NCBI GenBank assembly: GCA_965637545.1
Contig: OZ281494.1
Span: 3,968,001-4,032,000 of the forward strand
DNA length: 64,000 nucleotides
Direction: 5' to 3'
From: Phallusia mammillata
Taxonomy: Eukaryota
Below, piece after piece: positions 63,683 through 64,000 of the stretch. Under the pieces are notes generated by a model that saw nothing but the letters and a program-made list of their open reading frames with translations, was not told the DNA's origin and did no database searches. The first letter of the stretch is position 1, and the number at the start of each line of letters is the position of its first letter. A program made the position numbers and the translations under genes.

Positions 63683-64000
63683 TGAACGAATAATACAGCG
63701 GGCACAGAGACGAAAATGTATGGAAACAGCGGGATACGATGCACAATAATTACATTAGGACAAAGGCTTTCCGTGAAGAGTTGCGGGTGCTACAAAACCA
63801 CAGGGCGTAACTAATGTCCGATTTTTGATGGGGAAGTCGGCCGCAAAACGTCGCGGAAAACTGGGCTCAGGCTTTTGCCATCGTTACGGTTTAAAACATT
63901 TGAACTAGAATTAATGAGGCAACTTTCAAAAACCAAACGTTTAGACCAATTCGGTTCTTGTTTCAAAATTTGGGCACCGTTCCAATTAATGCGGTGGTCG

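Overview
AT-rich, intron-containing metazoan DNA. The compact introns are compatible with a marine invertebrate such as a tunicate, but the sequence does not establish the taxon. There is a 200-N scaffold gap at 48193-48392. The window is mostly a tandem array of adhesion GPCR (GAIN/GPS + 7TM) loci. I count eight: two on the minus strand (locus 0, only its 5' end is in the window; locus A, a pseudogene) and six on the plus strand (B, C, D and G with open spliced frames; E and F disrupted). C, D and G encode signal peptide-VWA-GAIN-7TM. B instead carries a different signal peptide and an 8-Cys SUEL/rhamnose-lectin-type domain, spliced onto the same phase-1 acceptor of the GAIN exon. The VWA variation is concentrated in the three loops of a degenerate MIDAS face. 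A furin-type RRKR site and a Ser/acidic 8-aa C-tail repeat also vary between copies. A TKL-type pseudokinase gene lies inside the array. The window also contains hAT-type MITEs, dispersed repeats, minisatellites and a complete minimal type I hammerhead ribozyme motif near the right end. All exon models were built by hand from GT-AG sites and frame continuity; no expression or database evidence was available.
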